The position numbers were made by a program, and so were the translations under genes. From assembly GCA_942492855.1 (NCBI GenBank), contig OW818647.1, positions 878,528 through 942,527 on the forward strand: a stretch of DNA of 64,000 bases, in the 5' to 3' direction. Of the stretch, positions 54,667 through 64,000 are shown one piece after another. The stretch comes from Armatimonadota bacterium (lineage in GTDB: Bacteria; Armatimonadota; HRBIN16). How positions within the stretch are numbered: position 1 is the first letter of the stretch; every line of letters begins with the position of its first letter. The notes under the pieces are model-generated. The model ran no database searches. It was not told the DNA's origin and saw nothing but the letters and a program-made list of their open reading frames with translations.

Positions 54667-55947
54667 TCACTCAGGGCCAGGGAATGCCTCTCCGTAGTCT
54701 TTCGTGCTCGCTTGCCAGTCATGCAGGCGCCTGCGCATCGTGTCAAGCACTGCTCGCTGTTTCGGCTCTCGTGCCAGATTATTCACTTCCCATGGGTCGT
54801 TCCGAAGGTCATACAGCTCTTCCACCGGCCGGGTGTCAGCCATCCAGGCAAGCTGCTGCTTGTTAAGCCTGCCCTCGGCCTTCAGCCGTTTCAACTCGCC
54901 CAGTACCGGGTATGAGGAGATGATATACTGGTTGTCCTGCGTATACGGCCGATCCGGGCAGTAGTTCCGGATGTATTTATATCGGTGGTCTACCACCGCA
55001 CGGATGCGGTCCAGCGTCTCATCGCACCGATCACGAGCCGCCACGCAGTAGTCACGTCCCCGGCTGCCAGGAAGAAGAAGCGGTCGACCTTCCATGTAAG
55101 CAGGCGGTATCAATCCCGCCAGTGCCAGCACACTGGCGGACACATCGATGGATGAGATCAGCCTTTTGTCAGCCTGCCCACCGCGCCAAAGACTGGGGCA
55201 GTTCACAATCAACGGCACACTGATTCCGCTTTCGTATAGCCACTGTTTACCGCGGGTATTGCATGAGCCGTTGTCACCTTGAAAGATCAAGATGGTGTTT
55301 TCCAGCACACCATCAGCCTCCAGCCGCTTCATCAAGGTGCCAAACTCAATGTCCAGCAGGTTGCACATATCGAAGTAGCAGGCGTAATCATCTCTCGCCA
55401 CCGGAGTGTCGGGGTAATAAGGTGGCAGCTTCAGTCGCGAGGGGTCGACACGGTAGTTAAGCCGTTTGCGCTCCTCAGGCCATAATCCCCGGTGTACCTG
55501 CCAGAAATTGATCTGCTGGAAGAACGGTTGGCCAGTCTTCCGCTGACTATAGTGTGTGCCGTCCCACACCTCGTTGCGGTTAGCAAAGTTGAAGTCGCTC
55601 TTTCCTGGCTCCTCAACCGGATGGTTGGCGTTGCCGTTGGCACAGAAGTAGCCAGCCTCCCTGAGATAGCTAGTGATGGGCTTAACCGGCACCGGCAAAC
55701 GCCAACCATCGGTAGCATGACTCCGGTGGTTCTGACAGTTGATGGAGGTTTGATACATACCGGTGATCATAGCGGAACGCGATGGTGAACAGACAGGCGC
55801 GGTGCAATACGCGTGATCGAACCTCACCCCCTGGCTTGCAAACCGATCGATATTCGGAGTGCGTAGCTGCGGTGTTCCGTAGCAGCCCAGATGCTTACCG
55901 TGGTCTTCAGTTAACATCCAGATGATGTTTGGTTTGTTTACGGCCAT
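54667..55947 (-). CDS. sulfatase (formylglycine-dependent arylsulfatase family)
   Basis: Sulfatase signature CTAPVCSPSRSAMITG (C-x-P-x-R) near the N-terminus. No signal peptide evident. GAGGTAGG RBS. Confidence 0.85.
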   Translation of the reverse strand: MAVNKPNIIWMLTEDHGKHLGCYGTPQLRTPNIDRFASQGVRFDHAYCTAPVCSPSRSAMITGMYQTSINCQNHRSHATDGWRLPVPVKPITSYLREAGYFCANGNANHPVEEPGKSDFNFANRNEVWDGTHYSQRKTGQPFFQQINFWQVHRGLWPEERKRLNYRVDPSRLKLPPYYPDTPVARDDYACYFDMCNLLDIEFGTLMKRLEADGVLENTILIFQGDNGSCNTRGKQWLYESGISVPLIVNCPSLWRGGQADKRLISSIDVSASVLALAGLIPPAYMEGRPLLLPGSRGRDYCVAARDRCDETLDRIRAVVDHRYKYIRNYCPDRPYTQDNQYIISSYPVLGELKRLKAEGRLNKQQLAWMADTRPVEELYDLRNDPWEVNNLAREPKQRAVLDTMRRRLHDWQASTKDYGEAFPGPE

Positions 55948-56009
55948 ATCATTGTCCTACCTCTGGCTTCATGATAGTGCTGCGCACCATGTTTTTTGAG
56001 TATCGGGCG

Positions 56010-59000
56010 CTATTGCCCCCAGATGCCCTCGATTTTACCCACTTTGGGCAGAGCAAACCATATGGTGGTTCCCTCTTCAACCTCACTGTCGATACCCACC
56101 CGTCCACCGTGGGCGTGGATCACGCGGCGCACCAGAGCCAGGCCTACACCTGTGCGGTCCAACTGGTTACTCACCTGCGCACGCCGGAACCCTTGGAACA
56201 CTTGCTTGTGATATTTGGGGTCTATTCCCGGGCCGTTATCAATCACTTTCACAATAAAATCAACATCCGTCTCACTGCCCTCAACCCTGATCTTGCCTTC
56301 GGACTTATCCATGAAGGTGATACTGTTGATCAGTATATTGGTTAAGGCATTCACTATCTGTGTTCTCTTGATCGGGATCACGGCCCATTGGCCGCTAACT
56401 TGCAGATCGATCCCATCCGGACGGCTGATGGTTGATAGCACCTCATGAACCAGCTCTTCCATGTTCACCATGGTCAACTCTTCAAATGATGTATGCACCT
56501 TCGCCAACTGCTGATAGGCATCCAGGATTTTATAAAGCCTCTGCGACCTTTCCCGCAGGGATTCGAGCATACCTTGGGATTCCTCTGACAGGATATCCTT
56601 GTTGTCGGCGTAGACCATTTGAACCAATGAACCTATCGCCCGCACCGGCCCTTTAAGTTCATGGGAGGTGATATGCACAAAGTCCATTAGGTCTTCGTTC
56701 AGTGCCGTCAACTGGCTGAGGAGCTGGGTATTATGCCGTTGCGACTGTGCCCGCTCGGTCACATCACGCGCCACACCTCTGTAGCCCGTGAAAATACCGT
56801 CTGACCCGAATACCGGAACGCCGGTCAGTTCAATGATGCGTTCACTGCCATCTTTATGCCTAAGGCTGTTCAGAATCTGGCGTATGGGGCTGGGCGTTTT
56901 GGTCATCGCATCGATGATCGGACGCATCCTCTCCATTTCGTCCGGCAGCATCAGGTCGAGGATGGATTTACCGATCAGCTCTGTCGGCTGGTATCCCATC
57001 ACATGGTCGACACGGTCGCTGATATACACAAAGTCCATACGCCTATCGGCTTCCCATACCCAGTCAGACAGGCTGTTGATGATCTGCAACAGCCGTTGTT
57101 CGCTGACTGAAAGCTCTTTTTCCATCTGCTTGATGCTGGTAATGTCGGTCATCAAACCTACGATACCAATCAGTAGCCCTGCATCATTGTAGAACGCGGC
57201 TTTATGTACCACCATATCGCGGAACTCACCGTCGGTTCGCCTAAGCCTTGCTTGAAGCTCCATAGATTCGATACGGCTCTCAAACGAGTCTTCGCCGCTG
57301 AGGAGCTGTGATGACAACTCCAGTCCCCAGATATCGCCTACACTGCGCCCGATAATATCAATCTCTCTTAAGCCGACAAACTCTTCAAACGCTCTATTGG
57401 CACTGAGGTAATAGCCAGAGCTGTCACGGGTAAACACAGGGTTGGGTATGGCGTCCATCACTGCCCGCAGGTGGCGGTAGTTCTCTCTACGGCTCTTCAG
57501 GGTAGCTTCCAGTTCCGCATTCACTCTGGTCAGAGTCTCCCGTGTCTCAAGCATCTCGGTTAAGTCCAGGGTTAGCCCGATAATTCCTGTCACCCGGTTT
57601 AGCTCGTCAAACATGGGCACCCTGGTCGCCATGAAGTGTCGCGGCCTGGGGTCATTGGGCAGAAGCTGTCCATAATACTGCGAGGTGCAGGCCTTACCGG
57701 TTTGTATCACCTTTAAGTCATCGGCTTCAGCCTCTTCGCCCATCTTTCTAGCGATGAGCTCAGACTCCCGTTTCCCGATGATCTGTTCTCTCGAGCGGGC
57801 AAACAACAGGCAAAGATTGTTGTTGACTATCACATACCGTCCCTGCGTGTCCTTCATAAATGCCAGCGCCGGAAGGTTATTTACAAGCTCCTCAAGCTGC
57901 TGTTGCCGGTGTTGGCCCACCATGGTCGCCTGATTGATCTGTTGCTCCTTAAACTCTATGGTATACACCCCAGCCAGCAGAAACACCAGCAATCCATTAA
58001 TGCTAAACAGCAGCCAAAGGTTACGCAACTGCCCTTGCTGCACAGCACTACGCCATGTATCCGAAGCCACATCAATGCAGAGCATGGCAACCACCTTATA
58101 GTTGTCATCCAGAGTAATGGGAGCAGCGGCTGTTACCCATGTCCCCCACTTGTCCTTATATGGTCCCACAGTGGTATGAGCACCATTCGAGTATGCCCTG
58201 ACAATTTGCGCAGGAACATCGTCATACTCTGTGCCCGGCTCCAGGAAGTCAATTGACCTCTGAGGCGCACTGTCCGCCAAAAACCGCATCTTTCCATCAA
58301 CAGACCGCAGGAGGTAGCTATATCGTGTATTAGGAGTGCGTGCTTGAATCCGCTCCACTATGGCATGATGCATTTGCCAGGCGGGGTTATTCACTTCGCT
58401 CGGTTCAGGTTTCAACGCGGAAACGGCCCTCGCATCTATGGCCAAAGCGGTCATCGATACCTTCGCAAGCAATGCTTGCCGGTAATCCACATCAGCACTC
58501 TGGCCAGACCGTTGTATGACATACGGCCCCAGGACAACCACAAGCGCAACCAGCGTAATTAAAAACAGCGCAAAACGGGGATACCTAACAGAAATGCCCG
58601 TTACACTGGGGATCAACACCGCCCTGATGGTGTAGGACAGGCTGGTGGCCATCAAGAGGCATCCTGCCACCTGTGCGACCAATCCCACGGTGGCCAGATG
58701 CGACAGAAACGGAGCCAGTTTTATCCCGTGCTGAGGCTGATATCCCAGGTAGTAACCAACCCCGGTGATGATGAATGGAATGCACACATACAGACGTGTA
58801 CGCTTATTTCCCAGGTTCTGTTCTTTCAAGCTGACATACAGGGACTGCGCGACCCACACATATGCGATAAAGGCCAACGCATTGGACAAACTCAACCTGG
58901 CTACAGCAAGTACCGCAAGACTCGCGGCATACCAGCCAATTGCCCTTACATTAACACGTCTTTTGTGTACAATCTCAAGGCACTGCATCCCCAGCAGCCC

Positions 59001-59246
59001 TAACATCACTACGCTGATGGTCAAAGCCAGGCTGCTCAGTGTTCTGTATGTTGAAGGCATCCCTGAGTTCAGGTAGCACGCGAGCGAGTAAACGACTTCA
59101 GACACAGCATATACGCCAAGGGTGACCCATGGAATGGCATTCAGCCGCGACCGTATACCTGCAAAGGCAATAGCAATAATGCCTGTATACAAAAAAGCAC
59201 AGATGAGATGACTGGCTTCATATGTTGATAGGTAAAAAGTGTCCAT
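56010..59246 (-). CDS. large membrane sensor histidine kinase (multi-TM N-terminal domain, several PAS domains, HisKA, HATPase)
   Basis: 1078 aa. About 7 N-terminal transmembrane helices. H-box SHELKGPVRAIGSLVQMV. ATPase motifs (DNGPGI, GVGLALVRRV). Confidence 0.8.
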   Translation of the reverse strand: MDTFYLSTYEASHLICAFLYTGIIAIAFAGIRSRLNAIPWVTLGVYAVSEVVYSLACYLNSGMPSTYRTLSSLALTISVVMLGLLGMQCLEIVHKRRVNVRAIGWYAASLAVLAVARLSLSNALAFIAYVWVAQSLYVSLKEQNLGNKRTRLYVCIPFIITGVGYYLGYQPQHGIKLAPFLSHLATVGLVAQVAGCLLMATSLSYTIRAVLIPSVTGISVRYPRFALFLITLVALVVVLGPYVIQRSGQSADVDYRQALLAKVSMTALAIDARAVSALKPEPSEVNNPAWQMHHAIVERIQARTPNTRYSYLLRSVDGKMRFLADSAPQRSIDFLEPGTEYDDVPAQIVRAYSNGAHTTVGPYKDKWGTWVTAAAPITLDDNYKVVAMLCIDVASDTWRSAVQQGQLRNLWLLFSINGLLVFLLAGVYTIEFKEQQINQATMVGQHRQQQLEELVNNLPALAFMKDTQGRYVIVNNNLCLLFARSREQIIGKRESELIARKMGEEAEADDLKVIQTGKACTSQYYGQLLPNDPRPRHFMATRVPMFDELNRVTGIIGLTLDLTEMLETRETLTRVNAELEATLKSRRENYRHLRAVMDAIPNPVFTRDSSGYYLSANRAFEEFVGLREIDIIGRSVGDIWGLELSSQLLSGEDSFESRIESMELQARLRRTDGEFRDMVVHKAAFYNDAGLLIGIVGLMTDITSIKQMEKELSVSEQRLLQIINSLSDWVWEADRRMDFVYISDRVDHVMGYQPTELIGKSILDLMLPDEMERMRPIIDAMTKTPSPIRQILNSLRHKDGSERIIELTGVPVFGSDGIFTGYRGVARDVTERAQSQRHNTQLLSQLTALNEDLMDFVHITSHELKGPVRAIGSLVQMVYADNKDILSEESQGMLESLRERSQRLYKILDAYQQLAKVHTSFEELTMVNMEELVHEVLSTISRPDGIDLQVSGQWAVIPIKRTQIVNALTNILINSITFMDKSEGKIRVEGSETDVDFIVKVIDNGPGIDPKYHKQVFQGFRRAQVSNQLDRTGVGLALVRRVIHAHGGRVGIDSEVEEGTTIWFALPKVGKIEGIWGQ

Positions 59247-59432
59247 AGTGTTTCCGGCTCTTCTGAACCAGCGGTTGGTTAACCTCTCAAAAAATAACCC
59301 TACTCGAGATCATTGTTGCATTTTACGCTCAATATCCGGTCATTACCACAATCAGCGTGCTGATGAGCCGGTGACTCATTACAGATGGCACACGTACCCA
59401 TGCCATCTCATTGCGTTCCAAACCCTCCCAGT

Positions 59433-62400
59433 TTATGCACTAGGTTTGGGGTCAATCGGCATGATGAACCAGATCATCGTGCCTTGGTTGACATGCGCTT
59501 GTATGCCGATCTGCCCGCCATGCAGATCGACTACCCTTCGGGCGAAAGACAGCCCAAGCCCAGCGCCAGGATTCTCTGAGTTTCCCACATCCATCTGTTG
59601 GAAGGCCTCGAATGCGATTTCGTGATAGCGAGGGTCTATTCCAGGCCCGTTGTCTATCACTGCGAAGTAGTGGCCTCCCGATACCTGTCGCCAGTCCAGG
59701 CATATCAAACCATCGGCTCGGTCCATGAAATTGATGCTGTTCGCAATAAGCTGTTTGAACAAGTTCAAGGTCAAGTTTCGTCTGCATTTCAATACTGGCA
59801 TATCTGGACTGATGTCAATCGTCACCCAGCGCGGTGGATTCAACTCATGAACCACCTCTTGAAGGGCTAAGGCCAGGTTGACCTCGGTAATCGGCTCATC
59901 TGCGGAATATATCTCAGCCATCAAGCTGTATACATCCATCGTCTGGAACAGCTTCTTGGTGCGGCCTTCCATGTTTCTGACGATCTCGCGGCCTTCTCCG
60001 TCAAGTTGATTGTACTTATCCATCTTTAACATCTGTGCCAGCGTACTGATAGCCCGCAAAGGCTGCTTCAATTCGTGTGAGATCAGGTGTACGACCTCGG
60101 TTAACCCTGAGTTCAGCTTATTAGATATCTCAAGCAAGCGTTTTTGTTCATGCTGGGCTTTGAGCCGTTCGCTGATATCCCTTGCGACGCCACGGAAACC
60201 ATCCCATTCACCAGTGATTTTGTATATGGGCACAGCAGACAACTCTAGATACACAATGCTGCCGTTCGCGTGACGGAACTGCACTTCACGCTGCTTCACC
60301 ACTTCGTCGGTACTAAAGAGATGGCGAATTTCTCCACTCTGTTCAGCCACCAGACGATACAGAGGGGTGTTCATCACAGCATCCGGATCATACCCCAATA
60401 CGGGTGTGATTCGGTCGCTGATAAACGTCATGTTCATCTCTCGATCGGTCTCCCAAACCAGGTCGGACATGACCCCCACAATCTGGCGAAGCCGCTGTTC
60501 GCTCACTTCCAGGGACTGCTCCACCGTCAACAGGTGGGTGATGTCTACCAGGCTGGACACGAAACCGGCCACTTCGTCGAACTGGTCAATGTAGGCAGCC
60601 GTGTGTATGACCATCTGGTGAGCCGCCCCGTCAGGATACCTCACGGTGCCCTCAGCCGTGACCACATGCCTGTTAGAGATGACGAGATCGTCATTGTGGT
60701 TTAGCAGCCTGATGCGGTCTGCAATACCCAGTTCCTCAGCGGTTTTGCCCAGCATCTGCTCCATCTTCAGTCCAGCCAGTTCTTCAAACGCCGGGTTGCA
60801 CATCAGCACCTGACCACCCAATGACTTGTAAAAGATGGGGCTTGGTATGGTGCGCATGATGGTGTCGATTCGCTTGAGATTCCTCTGGCCCTCTTCCAAT
60901 GCTGCATTGAGCGCCTGGTTTAGCTCAGCGAGCTGTCGTCTGGCTGCTATGATCTCTGTGACATCCGTGGCTAAGCCCACAATACCTGACAGCTTGCCCA
61001 ACTCATCATAGACCGGCATGATTCGGTTAACCAAAGATATCGTCTGGTTGTTGATCGTGACGTCGCTAGTGAGCTGTTCTACAGGTTGATCAGCATTGTA
61101 TGCGTCGCCGACATCGCACTTAATCGCCTTTGCCAGTTCGTTACTGAGTATCTCATGACCATAACGGCCTACAATCTCCGCCGGGGGACGGGCCAATAAA
61201 TGGGCCATCGCAGGGTTCACCACCATGAACCGACTTTCGGCATCCATCATATAGGCATATCCTGGCAGGTTATTAACCAGGCTCTCAAGCATTAGGCGGC
61301 TCTTGTTCTCGGCGATGTCTGCCAAGCGTTGGACCAGGCTGGCATGCATGATTCCTACCAGCAACACCAGCAACAGCAGTTCTATCAGCCCAAAAACCAT
61401 CATCACGGCACGTCTCGCTAGTATGATGGTGTTCGTCCACAGTGTAGCCGGAACATCAAACAGTAAGGCACCCACGAAAAACTTAGTCCCTGGTCTGTAT
61501 ATAGGCACAATACCGGTCACCCAACTGCCTAGATCATTCGTATATGGTTCCGATACAGTTTGCCGCTGCATCACTAATGCCCGCAGTATGACCTGGGGAA
61601 CGTCCCATCGACCGGATGACAACCCAGCTTTATCGGCCATGGCATTCGAACTAGTGCCGACCAGATATGGCTTGTCTGACTTGAGCACCATGATATACGC
61701 TGAGCTTGGGAACTGGCCGACATTGACAATTTCGGTGAGTGGGCGGTTGAATGCTTGCCCCTTTACCGACTTAAAATCAACCGGTGTGCCGGTATATTCA
61801 ACAACCTGTTTCGTGTTGATGTTCAGGCTGCTGATGCGCAACATGCGCAGCAGCTCCTGACGAATGAGGTGCTCAGCCGTAGAACCCACTGACTGCACGG
61901 TGATACAACCAGCGACTGGAATGAGCACTATGGCCAATTTTACTATGATGCTGTATGCGCTGCTGCAGACTGGTTGGCCATACAGTTTCACTACACCGAT
62001 TTGCGTGATATAGGAATTAAAGCCCAGTAACAAAACTATCGAACCGAAAACTTCAAGCGACATGAACGGCATATGGGTAGCCGTTAATAATACATCGGTG
62101 CCTGCCGCCACAATGTAACTCACTTGGGCACTCAGACCATATCCAACCACGATGAGACCCAATACCACAAACACGGCAGAAGTTCGAGACTTACGCTCGG
62201 TTCCCGACAACACCATCCACCAGGCAGCTCCTAGCCCGATGAACGATCCCCACAACAGCCCACTCAGGTGACCCATTGATCCAAAGCCTAAAACAAAACC
62301 GGCAGCCAAACACACAGATGTGGTGATCACACCGACAAGTCGGTTGTATTTCGTACGAAGCATCAGTTGCTGGGAGTATATCAGCAGGAGGATGATCAGC

Positions 62401-62630
62401 GGATTCGCTACGTATTGGTATTCAACAAGAGATCCAGAAGAGACACTGAGGGTGACGATATGCACGACATCTCGTAATGCCATCAACAACCATGCACCAG
62501 CTAATGGCAGTGCAGGAACTTCCCTTAATTTGCATCGGAGAGCGATTATGGCCATCGCGCATACGCCAAAACTGAGAAGGGCAGAGAGGAAAAGCGCGAT
62601 GTCAGCCGCCGAGACAGAGATATTAGTCAT
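59433..62630 (-). CDS. large membrane sensor histidine kinase, paralog of 56010..59246
   Basis: 1065 aa with the same architecture. H-box SHELKQPLRAISTLAQML. ATPase motifs (DNGPGI, GAGLGLSFARRV). Confidence 0.8.
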   Translation of the reverse strand: MTNISVSAADIALFLSALLSFGVCAMAIIALRCKLREVPALPLAGAWLLMALRDVVHIVTLSVSSGSLVEYQYVANPLIILLLIYSQQLMLRTKYNRLVGVITTSVCLAAGFVLGFGSMGHLSGLLWGSFIGLGAAWWMVLSGTERKSRTSAVFVVLGLIVVGYGLSAQVSYIVAAGTDVLLTATHMPFMSLEVFGSIVLLLGFNSYITQIGVVKLYGQPVCSSAYSIIVKLAIVLIPVAGCITVQSVGSTAEHLIRQELLRMLRISSLNINTKQVVEYTGTPVDFKSVKGQAFNRPLTEIVNVGQFPSSAYIMVLKSDKPYLVGTSSNAMADKAGLSSGRWDVPQVILRALVMQRQTVSEPYTNDLGSWVTGIVPIYRPGTKFFVGALLFDVPATLWTNTIILARRAVMMVFGLIELLLLVLLVGIMHASLVQRLADIAENKSRLMLESLVNNLPGYAYMMDAESRFMVVNPAMAHLLARPPAEIVGRYGHEILSNELAKAIKCDVGDAYNADQPVEQLTSDVTINNQTISLVNRIMPVYDELGKLSGIVGLATDVTEIIAARRQLAELNQALNAALEEGQRNLKRIDTIMRTIPSPIFYKSLGGQVLMCNPAFEELAGLKMEQMLGKTAEELGIADRIRLLNHNDDLVISNRHVVTAEGTVRYPDGAAHQMVIHTAAYIDQFDEVAGFVSSLVDITHLLTVEQSLEVSEQRLRQIVGVMSDLVWETDREMNMTFISDRITPVLGYDPDAVMNTPLYRLVAEQSGEIRHLFSTDEVVKQREVQFRHANGSIVYLELSAVPIYKITGEWDGFRGVARDISERLKAQHEQKRLLEISNKLNSGLTEVVHLISHELKQPLRAISTLAQMLKMDKYNQLDGEGREIVRNMEGRTKKLFQTMDVYSLMAEIYSADEPITEVNLALALQEVVHELNPPRWVTIDISPDMPVLKCRRNLTLNLFKQLIANSINFMDRADGLICLDWRQVSGGHYFAVIDNGPGIDPRYHEIAFEAFQQMDVGNSENPGAGLGLSFARRVVDLHGGQIGIQAHVNQGTMIWFIMPIDPKPSA

Positions 62631-62744
62631 AGTGCCTCATGTAGGCATCTCGGCCAAATGTGTGGTATATCATAAGTTATTTTACCTGTTTTCGGTACCT
62701 AATAATAGCTCAGGATAACTTCCTAGCCCTGAATGGCTGCGTTC

Positions 62745-63300
62745 GGAACGGTATGTCAGTACGCTGGCAATAACTGACGGTCGTAGACCGCGCCGTCTGG
62801 CGGACAGCCCGGTGTCGATGCGCCAATTGGCACAATGAAAAACTCACGCGAAGACGCGAAGGCGCGAAGGGTAATGACCGGGGCGGTCTTTCAGTACGCT
62901 GGCAATTGCAGAAGGCTTTAGACCGCGCCGGTCTGGCGGATAGCCCGGTGTCGATGCGCCAATTGGCCGCGGGTTTAGTCACCCACACGACTACGTTCCG
63001 GGAGCTGACGCTCCGGGAACTGCGTCCAGTGCGGGTTCCTGCACCGCACGGCTGATCAGTATCGGCCGGCGTCGCTTCGCTCCGGCCGGCGCATGGAGAG
63101 CGTGGCCCTCCCAACGCTCGCCGGAACGCGGGCCGGTATTGATTAGCGATGGGTGACAGCGCCCGTACCGGGACGAAGTCACGGATGGGCCGCCGAACCC
63201 GTCGCCGAGGGCCATCGGTGTTGGTCGCAGGCGACCAGCCCACGCTGCCGCGGGTTTAGTCACCCCACGGGACTGGCGTCCCATCACGGGGTTCCCTCAC
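62745..63300. repeat. GC-rich repeat cluster (family C modules, sharing sub-motifs with family B)
   Basis: cagtacgctggcaat...tagaccgcgccg(g)tctggcgga(c/t)agcccggtgtcgatgcgccaattggc occurs twice (~62757-62830 and ~62893-62965). gccgcgggtttagtcaccc occurs twice. cacgcgaagacgcgaaggcgcgaagg matches the 45940 region in inverse order. Confidence 0.75.
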
Positions 63301-63543
63301 CGCGCGTCTAGGTATTTGCAGCCCGCAAGCGGGCGCAGGATGCCCTCCGCCAGCGCCCGCAGGAGCGAAGCGACGCGGGCAGCCATTTGATCAGCGACGG
63401 GTGATGGAGCCCCCTGGGGCGATGGAACCCGTCGACATGGGGCCAGCCGCCCACATCGAAGGATGTCCGCCCATGCCCTCATCACCCGTCGGTAATGACG
63501 AAAGATCATTGACAGAGCTGGGCAAATCATAACAGAAGGTCCC

Positions 63544-63575
63544 TAAAAAAGAAAAACCCTCCGAAATTCGGAGGG
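63544..63575 (-). terminator. intrinsic terminator on the minus strand
   Basis: Hairpin ccctccgaaattcggaggg (63557-63575) followed on the minus strand by UUUUUCUUUUUU (plus-strand A-tract 63545-63556), ~230 bp downstream of the PyrK-like gene. Confidence 0.5.
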
Positions 63576-63801
63576 TGGATGGTTCAAGTTTATTTGGCAC
63601 CCGAGGGCTAACGGCTGCCGATTTTATGGGATTGCGGCAGGGCTCAGTGGCTTACTGGGCGAAGGAAACTGCCGTTCTCCATATTATATTATGCCCTGTT
63701 TGGCGGCCCATAATCGATGTATTTCCGCCTGTTCAGAGTGCGATCGACTGCAACCCTGCAACTGGCATCAGTAGCAACCAGTCGCTAGCGTTCAACACAG
63801 A

Positions 63802-64000
63802 TTATTCCAGTGCCGCTGGTCCAACTGCAGCCAGTTGTGCTGCACTGAACACCGGCCCATCGGTGCAGACATAATACGGGCCGATATTGCACCGGCCGCA
63901 CTTACCCACGCCGCACTTCATCTTCATCTCCAGTGTGGTGTAGACCTGCTCTGGTGTGAAGCCAAGATCGGTCAGAGCCTCCATCACGAACTTGATCATA
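63802..64000 (-). CDS. FAD/NAD(P)-binding oxidoreductase, PyrK-like electron-transfer subunit (3' end only; gene starts beyond window edge)
   Basis: C-terminal MKCGVGKCGRCNIGPYYVCTDGPVF is the cysteine-cluster tail typical of PyrK, sulfide-dehydrogenase and anaerobic sulfite reductase B-type subunits. ORF is open to the window end. Confidence 0.55.
   Translation of the reverse strand, partial: MIKFVMEALTDLGFTPEQVYTTLEMKMKCGVGKCGRCNIGPYYVCTDGPVFSAAQLAAVGPAALE

Overview
64-kb bacterial chromosomal window, read by eye from the six-frame ORF track and the raw sequence; no searches or computations were run, so all family calls rest on recognised motifs and operon context. Gene starts mostly carry GGAGG-type ribosome-binding sites, and the gene content (darA-holB synteny, CheC/CheD/CheX, a dockerin protein) suggests a Firmicutes- or Chloroflexi-like organism, though taxonomy is not determinable here. 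Contents: (1) a carbohydrate-utilisation neighbourhood: 5'-truncated GH38 alpha-mannosidase, lipoprotein alpha/beta-hydrolase, Gfo/Idh/MocA oxidoreductase, two tandem paralogous secreted multi-domain proteins (the first frameshifted), an L-fucose-isomerase-like protein, three tandem ~760-aa DUF4838-like putative glycosidases, L-rhamnose isomerase, a 1122-aa dockerin-bearing secreted protein, a GH43-like propeller protein and a sulfatase; (2) tatA-secG; (3) a complete chemotaxis operon (hybrid REC-PAS kinase, MCP, cheW-A-R-Y-X-C-D-B); (4) capD-like dehydratase, darA-holB, PAP2 phosphatase, URO-D-family and RibD-C-family genes; (5) the F1Fo ATP synthase operon atpI-B-E-F-H-A-G-D-C on the minus strand; (6) osmC, an acyltransferase, a repeat-flanked two-gene cassette (secreted hypothetical + yhhN), and two tandem ~1070-aa multi-PAS sensor kinases; (7) a 3'-partial PyrK-like gene at the window end. 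Almost every intergenic gap longer than ~150 bp is filled with modular GC-rich palindromic repeats. The most unusual items are a ~350-bp highly structured element present twice as direct repeats around the yhhN cassette, and a hairpin element that has displaced the 3' end of secG. No tRNA, rRNA, CRISPR array, transposase or integrase was recognised.
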